Shown here one piece after another: positions 27,498 through 36,375 of a stretch of 64,000 nt of DNA. Source of the DNA: an uncultured Chlamydiae bacterium (lineage in GTDB: Bacteria; Chlamydiota; Chlamydiia; Chlamydiales; Parachlamydiaceae). Where the stretch lies: assembly GCA_963830365.1 (NCBI GenBank), contig CAWHMU010000036.1:64884-128883 (forward strand). The letters are read 5' to 3'. Position numbers and translations under genes: made by a program. The first letter of the stretch is position 1. Every line of letters starts with the position of its first letter. The notes under the pieces were generated by a model. The model worked only from the letters and a program-made list of their open reading frames with translations. It ran no database searches and was not told the origin of the DNA.

Positions 27498-28385
27498 TCA
27501 AGGCTTCCTTGGCAGATTTGTTAAAAAGTAATAGATGAAGGAGGCGGCGGCAAGCGCCGTGATTTCGGCATGGTCGTAAGGGGGGGAGACTTCGACGACA
27601 TCCATGCCGATCCAATTCAGTTTGCCGAAGGCCGGGTGGCGCAACAGGCTTAGCACTTGCGCGCTAGACAAGCCGCCAATTTCAGGTGTTCCTGTTCCCG
27701 GGGCAAAAGCTGGATCCAAAATGTCGATGTCAAAAGTGAGATAGCAGGGCTGCCGGTTGATTTTGGCCAGATGGTTCAGCACCGGCTGCCACCCTTCGGC
27801 ATGGATGCTGTCGGATGGGAAAAAGGCTGGGATATGCGCTTTGGTGAATTCTAAGGTGGCAGGATCCATCGGACAGCGCACACCCATCATGAAGCTGCTT
27901 TTCTCATCGATAAGCCCTTCTTCCAAGGCATTGTAGAGAAAGTTGCCGTGCCCGTATTTGACACCCCAGTTGTCTGCCCAGGTGTCTGGGTGGGCATCAA
28001 AATGGCATAGCGTGATCGGAGTCTGGTAGTGCTTCTTTAAGGCGCGCAGGATGGGGAGGGTGATGGAATGGTCGCCGCCAAGTGAGATGGGGAGGATGTT
28101 TTTCTGCAGCAGGCGCAGGATGTAGCTTTCTACCTGTTCAATCATCTTTTCGGGATTTGTTAAGATGTCGCCGAAATCAGCCGTGCGGTAGGGCAGCTCC
28201 TCGCAAAGCGTCAAAGAGGCACGGCGGATGGCTTCAGGCCCGAAGCGCGTGCCTGCGCGATATGAGGTGGTGGCATCAAAAGGGATGCCGACCACGCCGA
28301 TTTCAGCGTTGGATTGTTCGGGCGAGCTTTCATAGGGCACGTTTAAAAAACTGCGCATGCCCATGTACGGTGGCTGCTTAATCAT
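27498..28385 (-). CDS. speB: Agmatinase / ureohydrolase (arginase family)
   Basis: Mn-binding motifs GGDHSITLPILRAL, HFDAHPDTW and LTFDIDILDPAFAPGTGTPEIGG. Confidence 0.85.
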   Translation of the reverse strand: MIKQPPYMGMRSFLNVPYESSPEQSNAEIGVVGIPFDATTSYRAGTRFGPEAIRRASLTLCEELPYRTADFGDILTNPEKMIEQVESYILRLLQKNILPISLGGDHSITLPILRALKKHYQTPITLCHFDAHPDTWADNWGVKYGHGNFLYNALEEGLIDEKSSFMMGVRCPMDPATLEFTKAHIPAFFPSDSIHAEGWQPVLNHLAKINRQPCYLTFDIDILDPAFAPGTGTPEIGGLSSAQVLSLLRHPAFGKLNWIGMDVVEVSPPYDHAEITALAAASFIYYFLTNLPRKP

Positions 28386-28395
28386 GATGACTTAA

Positions 28396-28430
28396 TCCTT
28401 GATTGCTTAGTCCTTGATTGCTTAGTCCTT
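28396..28430. repeat. 15-bp tandem repeat (TCCTTGATTGCTTAG x2 plus partial third copy)
   Basis: Read directly: TCCTTGATTGCTTAG TCCTTGATTGCTTAG TCCTT, in the speB 5' intergenic region. Confidence 0.9.
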
Positions 28431-28453
28431 GGCGTGGCTGGCAAGTGAATATG

Positions 28454-28948
28454 TTAATGCGCGGCTTTGGCAGGCGCTACTTTGGGAGCCGGCTTAGCAG
28501 GTTCGGCTTTAGCCTTAGGCTTGCCCGTTGGAATCTCTTTGAGGTTTGCGTGTGCAATCCACTGCCATTTGCCGTCGATTTTTTGCCATACGCTAAGGCG
28601 CGGCGCCGGTTTAGCGGAAAGCTGGCTGTTGTCGATTTTCTCTTTCACGGAGATAAGGTAGGTGACTACCAAGGTGTCGGCATTTTCCGTCACTACCACA
28701 TTGCTGATCTCGTAGGTGCCGAGATAAAGATCTTTAATCAGGCCGATTTCAGCCTGGCGAGTGAGGGCGCCAAAGGTGTGGATGGATTGGAAATGCTCGG
28801 CAATACGGCTTTCGATGGCCGTGAAGTTCTGATGCTTCATGTCCTCCCACATCTGTGTTTCAAGGGTTTCACCCAAAGACATTTCAGCGTGTAGTGGGAA
28901 GGTGATGGCTGTCAAAGCCGCCAGCGTAGCTAATAAGTTTTTAAACAT
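28454..28948 (-). CDS. Secreted NTF2/SnoaL-like (DUF4440-like) protein with Lys/Pro/Ala-rich C-terminal tail
   Basis: Signal peptide MFKNLLATLAALTAITFPLHA, a ~120-aa domain ending ..VWQKIDGKWQWIAHANL (typical NTF2-like C-terminus), then the tail GKPKAKAEPAKPAPKVAPAKAAH. Confidence 0.45.
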   Translation of the reverse strand: MFKNLLATLAALTAITFPLHAEMSLGETLETQMWEDMKHQNFTAIESRIAEHFQSIHTFGALTRQAEIGLIKDLYLGTYEISNVVVTENADTLVVTYLISVKEKIDNSQLSAKPAPRLSVWQKIDGKWQWIAHANLKEIPTGKPKAKAEPAKPAPKVAPAKAAH

Positions 28949-29092
28949 GAGGGTGCTCCTAAAAATGCAGTTGTGTTAGGTTTTGATGGGCAATTATCCT
29001 TTCAGCCTGATTAAAGTCAATCTGTTATCCCAGCAGCGAGTTGTAATTTCCTATATCCATATGGGGAATTTCAACTAGCTGCTCTTCTAAAG

Positions 29093-29698
29093 CTATTTAA
29101 GGGCGGTTTGTACAAGTTGTTGCAGTTCGGCTTTTAGCTTCTCGCTTTTCAAATGGCCTTGCTGATCAAAGGCGTTATGGGCATCGGGGACGACAAGCTG
29201 TTGAGAGATGACCGTTCCGCCTACGTTCTCGATGATGGTGCGCAGGTGTGCGAGACCTCTTGCGCCGCCACCTCTGCCTGGTGAGGTACTCATAATGGCA
29301 AATCGTTTCCCTTGGAAGGCATCGCGCGATGAACCGCCGTTTTCGCCCCTTGACGCCCAGTCAATGTCATTTTTGAGCACGCCCGTAAGCGAGCCGTTGT
29401 ATTCCGGAGAGGCTATCAGGATGACATCGCTCTGCACCATCAACTGGCGCAACTGTCTGGCCTTGGCAGGCATGCCCGCCTTTGTTTCCAGATCGGCATC
29501 ATAAAGGGGGATAGGATAATCCTTCAGGTCGATGACGGTGACAGCAGCTCCCATTTGGCTGGCCAAATTGGCAGCTTCGGAAATAAGTTTTTTATTGAAA
29601 GAGTTTTCTTGGGTACTGCCTGCGAAGGCCAAGACCTTTGTCTGTGCGCTAAGCGCGGCTGAAAACGCCACGCATAAAAGAGCTATCCATTTCCACAT
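29093..29698 (-). CDS. NAD(P)H-dependent FMN reductase family protein carrying a signal-peptide-like N-terminus
   Basis: KVLAFAGSTQENSFNKKL (flavodoxin-like GS..xS.N loop) and ILIASPEYNGSLTGVLKN. The N-terminus MWKWIALLCVAFSAALSAQT looks like a Sec signal. Confidence 0.75.
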   Translation of the reverse strand: MWKWIALLCVAFSAALSAQTKVLAFAGSTQENSFNKKLISEAANLASQMGAAVTVIDLKDYPIPLYDADLETKAGMPAKARQLRQLMVQSDVILIASPEYNGSLTGVLKNDIDWASRGENGGSSRDAFQGKRFAIMSTSPGRGGGARGLAHLRTIIENVGGTVISQQLVVPDAHNAFDQQGHLKSEKLKAELQQLVQTALK

Positions 29699-29927
29699 AA
29701 ATGACCTCCAAGTGTGATTTCAGATTGTTTTATCGTTTGCTAGCCGATAGGATGCGCAGCTTAGCAGGATTGAAGATATTATTCCACAGGCTCTGCATTC
29801 AGCGATTTGCATTCCCTCACAGACATCAGTAAAAGATTAGATGAGACTGGATGTTATCAGCTTTTTCAGGCATATTTTATGCTACGTTTATGCAAAACAC
29901 CATGCAATATAAGGAACTTTTCTGCCT

Positions 29928-30746
29928 ATGACCAATCCCCATGATTATGATCTTTTTAGTATTTTACCTTGGTATTGGATCGCCCTGCTAGCCATCCTTC
30001 TGACATCCGTCATCGCCGTAGGCGGACTGTTGCTGGTGCGTCGCATGATCAATCCGCAGACGCTGCGCACAGACCAGGAGATTGCCAGCTATGCCCTCAA
30101 TACCATCGCCCTGCTGTATTGTGTCATCGTCGGCTTTGTGGTCATCCGCGTGCAAGAGCGCCATACCGTCGTCAAGGATATCACCATCAAAGAAGCCAAT
30201 GTGCTCCTAAACCTATATTACAGCAGCTGCGATGTCTTCCCGCCCGATGCTTGCGGAAGTATCCGTAAAAGCATCCGCGAATATGCTAAAGATGTGATCG
30301 ATAAGGAATGGCCGCTCATGGTCGAAGGCAAAGATATCACCCTTTCCTTTCCCAAGAGCGTGCATATGCTCTGGAAGACCTATGACCGCATAGACCCGCA
30401 AGGTAACGGACAGATGGCCCGCTATCAGGAGTCCTTGAGTCGCTTGAATGAACTGACCGAGGCGCGCTTTGGTCGCTTAAGCAGCATCGGCCGCAGCGAA
30501 GGGACGTTTATGTGGACGGTGCTGATCTATGGCGGCATCCTGGTGATTGTGTCGTCCTATCTATTTGCCTCTTCGTGCCTGGCAGAACATACCATCCAGC
30601 TGGTCTTCATCTCTTCCTTCATCTCCTTAGTGCTGCTGTTGATCTATTCCCTCGACAGCCCCTATGTCGGCCCGACGGCGATCACGTCAAAACCATTTGA
30701 ACATGTGCTTGAACTGGTCGATCCAAAACATCACACGCCGGCCTAG
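29928..30746 (+). CDS. Integral membrane protein (DUF4239-like)
   Basis: TM helices at both ends (WYWIALLAILLTSVIAVGGLLLV; MWTVLIYGGILVIVSSYLF; LVFISSFISLVLLLIY) around a soluble central segment. The family assignment is from memory of this layout only. Confidence 0.4.
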   Translation: MTNPHDYDLFSILPWYWIALLAILLTSVIAVGGLLLVRRMINPQTLRTDQEIASYALNTIALLYCVIVGFVVIRVQERHTVVKDITIKEANVLLNLYYSSCDVFPPDACGSIRKSIREYAKDVIDKEWPLMVEGKDITLSFPKSVHMLWKTYDRIDPQGNGQMARYQESLSRLNELTEARFGRLSSIGRSEGTFMWTVLIYGGILVIVSSYLFASSCLAEHTIQLVFISSFISLVLLLIYSLDSPYVGPTAITSKPFEHVLELVDPKHHTPA

Positions 30747-30932
30747 GCGATATCTTCTCTGCGGCCAGGCCATGCTAAGCTCTTGATATAAGAAATTATC
30801 CCCAAGAGCACGCTGAAATTTCAGACTCGATAGGATCACGAAAGATAAAATGCCTTAGCTAACAATCCTGCAAAAAAGATTGACACTTTTCCATTTTCAG
30901 CGAATATGGTTTTTAAATTGATTGAGGTATTC

Positions 30933-31973
30933 ATGAGCCATATTCCTGCCGAAATGCGCGCCCTGCAGATTGATTGTTATCATGAGGATCCTTTAGCTGC
31001 GATTCGAAGTTTGCGGGTGGTAAAGAAATCGGTACCGCAGCCATCGCATGGACATGTGCTTGTCAGGGTCGAGGCGGCGCCTTGCAATCCGTCGGATCTC
31101 CTTTTGCTGCAAGGGCGTTATGGACAAAGCAAGACCTTGCCGGCAGTTCCCGGTTGGGAAGGCGCCGGTACCGTCATGGCCAGCGGTGGCGGTCTGCTTG
31201 GAAGATGGCTGATGGGAAAAAGGGTGGCATTTTCTGTCCAAAGTGATACCGATGGCACATGGGCACAATATAGCGTTGTCGATGCCAAAACTTGCATTGT
31301 GTTGAATGATGAGGTGAGTTTTGAGCAGGGAGCGGCCATGATCATCAATCCCCTGACGGCGCTAGGGCTTGTCGACATTGCTAAAAGAGGAGGACATGCC
31401 GCCATTATTCAGACGGCTGCCGCGAGCCAAGTGGGAAGAATGGTCCTTGCGTTAGCGGTGGAAAAGGGCATACCCGCCATACATGTAGTCAGACGGAAGG
31501 ATCAAGAAGTTCTCTTGCAGAATCTGGGGGCTGAAATCGTATTGAATTCGGCATCGGAAAATTTCGAGAAGGCATTGAAGAGCGAAGCTGAACGTTTGCA
31601 TGCTACGATTGCCTTTGACGCGGTCGCAGGAACCATGACAGGGTTGATGCTAAGTGCGCTGCCCAATCATGCCAAGGTGGTCGTTTATGGGGCGCTATCT
31701 GGTTCCAATTGCGCCAATATCAGCCCCCTGGGTCTCATTTTCCAGCAGAAAGCCGTCGAAGGTTTCTATCTGCCGGATTGGATTTCTACAAAAGGTCTTT
31801 GGGGTCTTTATCAGGCTACAAGTACAGTCCAAAAGCTTTTGGCAAGCGGAGCATTCCACACGGCAATTAGCAAACAGGTCGGACTGGATGATGCTGCCAA
31901 GGCCCTTGAAGCATATCAGAAGGAAATGACGTTAGGAAAAGTGCTGATCAGACCCCAGCTATTGTCCAGTTAA
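30933..31973 (+). CDS. Zinc-type alcohol dehydrogenase/quinone oxidoreductase (MDR superfamily)
   Basis: GroES-like N-domain (VLVRVEAAPCNPSDLLLLQGRYG, PAVPGWEGAGTV) and a Rossmann domain (IIQTAAASQVGRMV). Start chosen at the ATG preceded by GAGGT; the tracked ORF starts at 30906. Confidence 0.8.
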   Translation: MSHIPAEMRALQIDCYHEDPLAAIRSLRVVKKSVPQPSHGHVLVRVEAAPCNPSDLLLLQGRYGQSKTLPAVPGWEGAGTVMASGGGLLGRWLMGKRVAFSVQSDTDGTWAQYSVVDAKTCIVLNDEVSFEQGAAMIINPLTALGLVDIAKRGGHAAIIQTAAASQVGRMVLALAVEKGIPAIHVVRRKDQEVLLQNLGAEIVLNSASENFEKALKSEAERLHATIAFDAVAGTMTGLMLSALPNHAKVVVYGALSGSNCANISPLGLIFQQKAVEGFYLPDWISTKGLWGLYQATSTVQKLLASGAFHTAISKQVGLDDAAKALEAYQKEMTLGKVLIRPQLLSS

Positions 31974-32194
31974 CGCCATGCTGAAGTTACATTGTTATTT
32001 ATCTTAGCATTGTCATTGAGCTGGATGTTAGCAAGATTTGCATCAAAGATATTGCTGTTGAGCATCACATTTTTAGCAAGTTTCATTTGACTTTGCAAGT
32101 TGCGAGAAAGCCGAAATTTGTTGCTGAGGATATGGATATTCGCATATACATATATGAACACGAACGAACCACCTAACAAAAGAGGAGTTAACGC

Positions 32195-33058
32195 ATGGAT
32201 TATTATCACCCACCAAAAACCGAATATGTCCAGTATGTGGCGGTAAATACCGCGAAGAACACTGAAGATGTGAAAAGAGAAGTACGTTCAGCTTATGGAG
32301 GCGTAGCAGAAGCGAATAACCAAAATAAAGGTTGCGGAAATGCTCGCAGCTGTTGTGGTGTTTCAGCTAAGCCTGATAGTGGGTATTCGCAAGAATTAGG
32401 CTACTCTCAAGAGGATTTGAATAGTGTGCCTGCAGGGTGTAATATGGGTCTTGGATGCGGCAACCCACAAGCGATAGCTTCGCTTAAACAAGGGGAAGTT
32501 GTTCTAGATTTAGGAGCTGGCGGTGGTTTTGATGTCTTCTTAGCCGCAAAGCAAGTAGGTCCAACAGGAAAAGTATATGGCGTAGATATGACGCCAGAAA
32601 TGATAAGTAAAGCTAGGGATAATGCCTCTAAAAATGGCTATAAAAATGTTGAATTCCTGCTAGGGGAAATCGAACATTTGCCCTTGCCTGACAATACTGT
32701 AGATGTGATTATGTCAAATTGCGTTGTTAACCTCTCAACAAATAAAGAAAATGTTTTTAATGAGTCTTTCCGAGTATTAAGAGAAGGTGGTAGGCTAGCT
32801 ATTTCTGACATGGTTGCCAACAGACCATTGCCACCAGAAATGATTAATAATAAGGAACTTTATTGCAATTGCATCTCAGGTGCTATTACAATTAATGAAC
32901 TTAAAAATATATTAGCCAAAGCTGGATTTACTGACATTGTGATTGAACCGCAAGAAAACAGCCGGATGTTCATTAAGGACTGGGTTCCTGGTTCTGATGC
33001 CGAGAACTATGTCGTATCAGCAAAAATTAAGGCTGTCAAGCCGAAGGCAAGACAATGA
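32195..33058 (+). CDS. arsM: Arsenite S-adenosylmethionine methyltransferase
   Basis: SAM motif VVLDLGAGGGFDVF, conserved Cys pairs (GCGNARSCCG; LGCGNP; CNC) and the typical ArsM order. Overlaps arsR by ATGA. Confidence 0.85.
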   Translation: MDYYHPPKTEYVQYVAVNTAKNTEDVKREVRSAYGGVAEANNQNKGCGNARSCCGVSAKPDSGYSQELGYSQEDLNSVPAGCNMGLGCGNPQAIASLKQGEVVLDLGAGGGFDVFLAAKQVGPTGKVYGVDMTPEMISKARDNASKNGYKNVEFLLGEIEHLPLPDNTVDVIMSNCVVNLSTNKENVFNESFRVLREGGRLAISDMVANRPLPPEMINNKELYCNCISGAITINELKNILAKAGFTDIVIEPQENSRMFIKDWVPGSDAENYVVSAKIKAVKPKARQ

Positions 33059-33399
33059 TGACTCCTGATGAGTTATTCTCTCTGTTATCTGATGAAACAC
33101 GTCTACGTTGTTTAGTGTTACTTCAGAAAGAACAACAACTTTGCGTTTGCGAAATCAGTCAGATATTAGGAAGCATGCAACCAAAGATGTCTCGCCATCT
33201 CGCTCTCATGCGCAATTCCGGACTTGTTTCGGATGAACGCAAGGGGCAGTGGGTGTATTATAGCCTTAACCAATCTTTACCGGATTGGGCTAAGCGAATT
33301 ATTGACTCCACATCAGCAAACATCATGCATGAAGAACCGTATAGTTCTGACATAAAGAAAATATGCTCATTGAAAAAAGAGAATCTGTGTAAATTATAG
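33055..33399 (+). CDS. arsR: ArsR/SmtB-family metalloregulator
   Basis: Winged-HTH with the As(III)-binding-type motif QLCVCEISQILG, followed by SRHLALMRNSGLV. Confidence 0.85.
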   Translation: MMTPDELFSLLSDETRLRCLVLLQKEQQLCVCEISQILGSMQPKMSRHLALMRNSGLVSDERKGQWVYYSLNQSLPDWAKRIIDSTSANIMHEEPYSSDIKKICSLKKENLCKL

Positions 33400-33442
33400 A
33401 TAGTTAAATATAAATTTAAAACGAGAGGCGATTGATAGATCT

Positions 33443-34498
33443 ATGCTTAAGACATCTGTTAAACAACTTTCTTTTTTTGACCGCTATTTAACGCTTTGGA
33501 TTTTCCTGGCCATGCTGTTTGGGGTTGGCTGTGGATACTTATATCCAAATATCCAAGCCGTCATTAACCGCTTCCAGTTTGGCACAACGAACATTCCCAT
33601 CGCGATTGGCCTTATCCTGATGATGTATCCGCCTCTCGCTAAGGTTAAATATGAGCGCATTGGAGAAGTCTTTCGGAACTTTAAAATTCTTCTTCTTTCA
33701 TTAGTTCAGAATTGGCTGATAGGTCCAGTTTTCATGTTTACCTTAGCCATTGTTTTTCTACCTCACCATCCAGAATATATGGTGGGGCTTATCCTTATTG
33801 GATTGGCACGCTGTATCGCTATGGTTATCGTATGGAATGATTTGGCGAAAGGGGATAGGGAGTATTGCGCGGGCCTGGTAGCCTTTAACTCTATTTTTCA
33901 GATTCTCTTTTTTCCGCTATATGCCTATGTCTTCATTACGATATTGCCTACATTTTTTGGATTAGAAGGGAGCGTCGTTGATGTTTCGATCGGTGAGATC
34001 GCTTATAGCGTTTTCATCTATCTAGGCATTCCCTTTTTAGCTGGAATCCTTACAAGAATCACTGGGATTAAGCTTAAGGGGATAGACTGGTATGAGAAAG
34101 TGCTGATACCGTTGATTTCTCCGCTTACTTTGATATCCCTCTTATTTACAATCGTGGTGATGTTTTCTCTTAAAGGAGAGTACATCATACAGCTGCCTTT
34201 TGATGTGCTGATCATTGCCATGCCACTTGCTATCTATTTCCTCGTCATGTTCATGCTGTCGTTTTACTTGTCCTACAAGGCTGGCGCAAGTTACGAGCAG
34301 TCTGCGACGCTAAGCTTTACCGCCGCCTCTAATAATTTCGAGCTAGCCATAGCCGTGGCAATTGCTATTTTCGGTATCAATTCAGGACAAGCGTTTGCCG
34401 CCGTCATTGGGCCGTTAGTTGAAGTTCCGGTCTTGATAAGCCTTGTGCAAGTTTCTTTGTGGATTAAGAAAAAATTCTATAGGATTGGAAACGCATAG
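33443..34498 (+). CDS. acr3: Arsenite efflux permease, ACR3 family
   Basis: 351 aa, ~10 [18 protein letters not shown] start and the [13 protein letters not shown] motif (conserved Cys) characteristic of Acr3/ArsB(ACR3). Confidence 0.9.
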   Translation: MLKTSVKQLSFFDRYLTLWIFLAMLFGVGCGYLYPNIQAVINRFQFGTTNIPIAIGLILMMYPPLAKVKYERIGEVFRNFKILLLSLVQNWLIGPVFMFTLAIVFLPHHPEYMVGLILIGLARCIAMVIVWNDLAKGDREYCAGLVAFNSIFQILFFPLYAYVFITILPTFFGLEGSVVDVSIGEIAYSVFIYLGIPFLAGILTRITGIKLKGIDWYEKVLIPLISPLTLISLLFTIVVMFSLKGEYIIQLPFDVLIIAMPLAIYFLVMFMLSFYLSYKAGASYEQSATLSFTAASNNFELAIAVAIAIFGINSGQAFAAVIGPLVEVPVLISLVQVSLWIKKKFYRIGNA

Positions 34499-34511
34499 CA
34501 GCGGTGATGAA

Positions 34512-34955
34512 ATGCCTAAGCCTTCCATCCAAAAGATCCTTTTTATCTGCACGGGAAATTCCTGCCGCAGTCAGATGGCTGAAGGGTGGGTAAGAAAACT
34601 TAAAGGCTATATTCTAAAGCCCTATTCGGCTGGCATCGAAAAGCATGAGGTGGATCCTAAAGCTTTGAAAGTCATGTCTGAAGTCGGTGTAGACATATCT
34701 AAGCAGCATGCTAAGCTCATCAGTGAATTAGGTGAAAAACATTTTGACTATGTCGTCACAATTTGCCATGACGCCAACGAAAAATGCCCGGTGTTTTCAG
34801 GCAAAGCCAAACGCTTGCATCATGGCTTTGATAATCCCCCTGTTTTAACGCGAGAAATGAAGTCTGAGGAAGAGTCCTTAAGCATTTACCGCCGTGTGCG
34901 AGATGAAATTAGAGATTTTGTTGAGAAGATGCCCAACAACTTGGAATCAGATTAG
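34512..34955 (+). CDS. arsC: Arsenate reductase, LMW-PTPase (thioredoxin-coupled) type
   Basis: P-loop ILFICTGNSCRSQMAEG (CX5R). Start set at ATG 34512; the tracked ORF start at 34443 overlaps acr3. Confidence 0.9.
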   Translation: MPKPSIQKILFICTGNSCRSQMAEGWVRKLKGYILKPYSAGIEKHEVDPKALKVMSEVGVDISKQHAKLISELGEKHFDYVVTICHDANEKCPVFSGKAKRLHHGFDNPPVLTREMKSEEESLSIYRRVRDEIRDFVEKMPNNLESD

Positions 34956-35188
34956 CGACGGCTTCATCTCTACTTCTGCTTTTTGGCTATCGTCAAGATG
35001 CGGTCGCTTTTATTTTCGATGAATTTCTAGCCGTTCGATTTCGCATTGACTAATGACCTTAAACCCTTTCCGGTGCAGCATTTCCTTGAGTTGTCTGGCA
35101 GTATACACCTGAGATTGGGCCCGGTGCTGCATAATTTTATAACTCCCTATAAAGTTATCGTCATGCAGCACCGACCCTAATGCTTTGA

Positions 35189-35863
35189 TTATGGCTTATC
35201 GAGGAATTCGACTTTACCGGATTCAAGATCATAATAGGCCCCTGAAATCCGCAATGTTCCCTTTGCCAGTAATTTGGCAAGTAATGGTTTAGAACTTTTC
35301 AGTTTTTGCTCCACGATTTTAACATTGGCTTTGATCGCCTTCTCAAGGAGATTGCCTGAGTCGCCTTTGGTGGCCACAATCGCCGGATGAATCGCGTTCA
35401 CGACTTCCTGAATATGATTATCGAATTTCATACCCTTTAAGGCCGCGTTTACGGCACCGCAATTGGAATGGCCAAGCACAAGCACTAAGTTTGCACCGAG
35501 GACGTTGACACCGTATTCGATGCTCCCTATCGCAAAGTCATCGACGATATTTCCCGCCACTCTTACCACAAAAAGATCACCCAACGACTGGTCAAAGACA
35601 ATTTCCGGAGGGACTCGCGAATCGGAACAGGCAACAATGACTGCAAAAGGCTTCTGGTTTTCAAGAAGTGCCGACCGTTTCGCGGTCCAATCTTCGTGGC
35701 AAACTGTGGTTGAAGTAGTATAACGCTGATTTCCCTGGATCAATCTTTCCAATGGATTTTTTGCGGGGTTGGCCTCGCTGGCAGAAACAGATACTACTGG
35801 CGAAAAAAGCAAGCTCACGGCAAGCGGTAAGGCAAGGTATAACTGAAAATGAAATCGTTTCAT
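35189..35863 (-). CDS. Beta-class carbonic anhydrase with signal peptide
   Basis: Zn ligands in CSDSRVPPE and GHSNCGAV. N-terminal MKRFHFQLYLALPLAVSLLFSPVVSVSA. Confidence 0.85.
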   Translation of the reverse strand: MKRFHFQLYLALPLAVSLLFSPVVSVSASEANPAKNPLERLIQGNQRYTTSTTVCHEDWTAKRSALLENQKPFAVIVACSDSRVPPEIVFDQSLGDLFVVRVAGNIVDDFAIGSIEYGVNVLGANLVLVLGHSNCGAVNAALKGMKFDNHIQEVVNAIHPAIVATKGDSGNLLEKAIKANVKIVEQKLKSSKPLLAKLLAKGTLRISGAYYDLESGKVEFLDKP

Positions 35864-35966
35864 GACGGCACCTTTGTTGATAAATTTATGAAGGCCTCAT
35901 GGTATAAGTATTTTCCATGAACTAAAGTTCATTGGATATGATTAGGAAATAAATTTCAAATAATTT

Positions 35967-36098
35967 AGTTCATCACACAAATAAGTACCTGTTCGAGACG
36001 ATTCCTCAAAAAGCTTTAGTCATGAATGGTTAAAAATGAAAAGTAATAATTTATTTGTAAGGTTCTCTTTGAAACAAATCGGCATTCTAGCACAGAAG
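35967..36098. mobile_element. Truncated copy of one end of the 24186..24724 MITE
   Basis: Starts with the IR AGTTCATCACACAAATAAGTACCT. It aligns by eye over ~130 bp with the reverse complement of 24592..24724, sharing blocks TCAAAAAGC.TTAGT, TTATTTGTAA and CTTTGAAACAAATCGGCATTCTAGCACAGAAG. No matching second IR was found. Confidence 0.65.
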
Positions 36099-36319
36099 AT
36101 CTAGTGGGCCTTTCCGGTACTCACAACTATCAATCGAATATTTTAAATCATTTTTTGGGCCATCCTCGCCTATTCGGTCAAGAAAGCAAAAAGAAAAGAA
36201 CTCCTACCAGGGCTTTTTCATTAAAGAAATTTAACACCGAAAATTCCACTCACAGCCAGCTCTAAGGCGATTTCGCCATTTTTATTCTCATATATCTAGC
36301 CTAATACATAAAAAAACAA

Positions 36320-36348
36320 TTGACTTCATTTATCACGTATATTATAAG
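36320..36348 (+). promoter_or_regulatory. Candidate sigma70-type promoter of the ISAs1 transposase
   Basis: TTGACT (36320..36325), 17-nt spacer, TATAAG (36343..36348), 27 nt upstream of ATG 36376. Pattern match only. Confidence 0.35.
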
Positions 36349-36375
36349 GTGTTTTAAATAAATATCTGGTCTAAT

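Noticed and set aside
32143-32156. CATATA-CA-TATATG palindrome about 40 bp upstream of arsM, considered as an ArsR operator
   Set aside because: It is a short AT-only palindrome in AT-rich DNA and could equally be a -10 element or chance. It cannot be supported without comparative or binding data.
34443-34511. Upstream start of arsC, as given in the ORF track
   Set aside because: It overlaps the acr3 3' end and encodes a non-homologous leader. The LMW-PTP fold begins at MPKPSIQKILFICTGNSCRS (ATG 34512).
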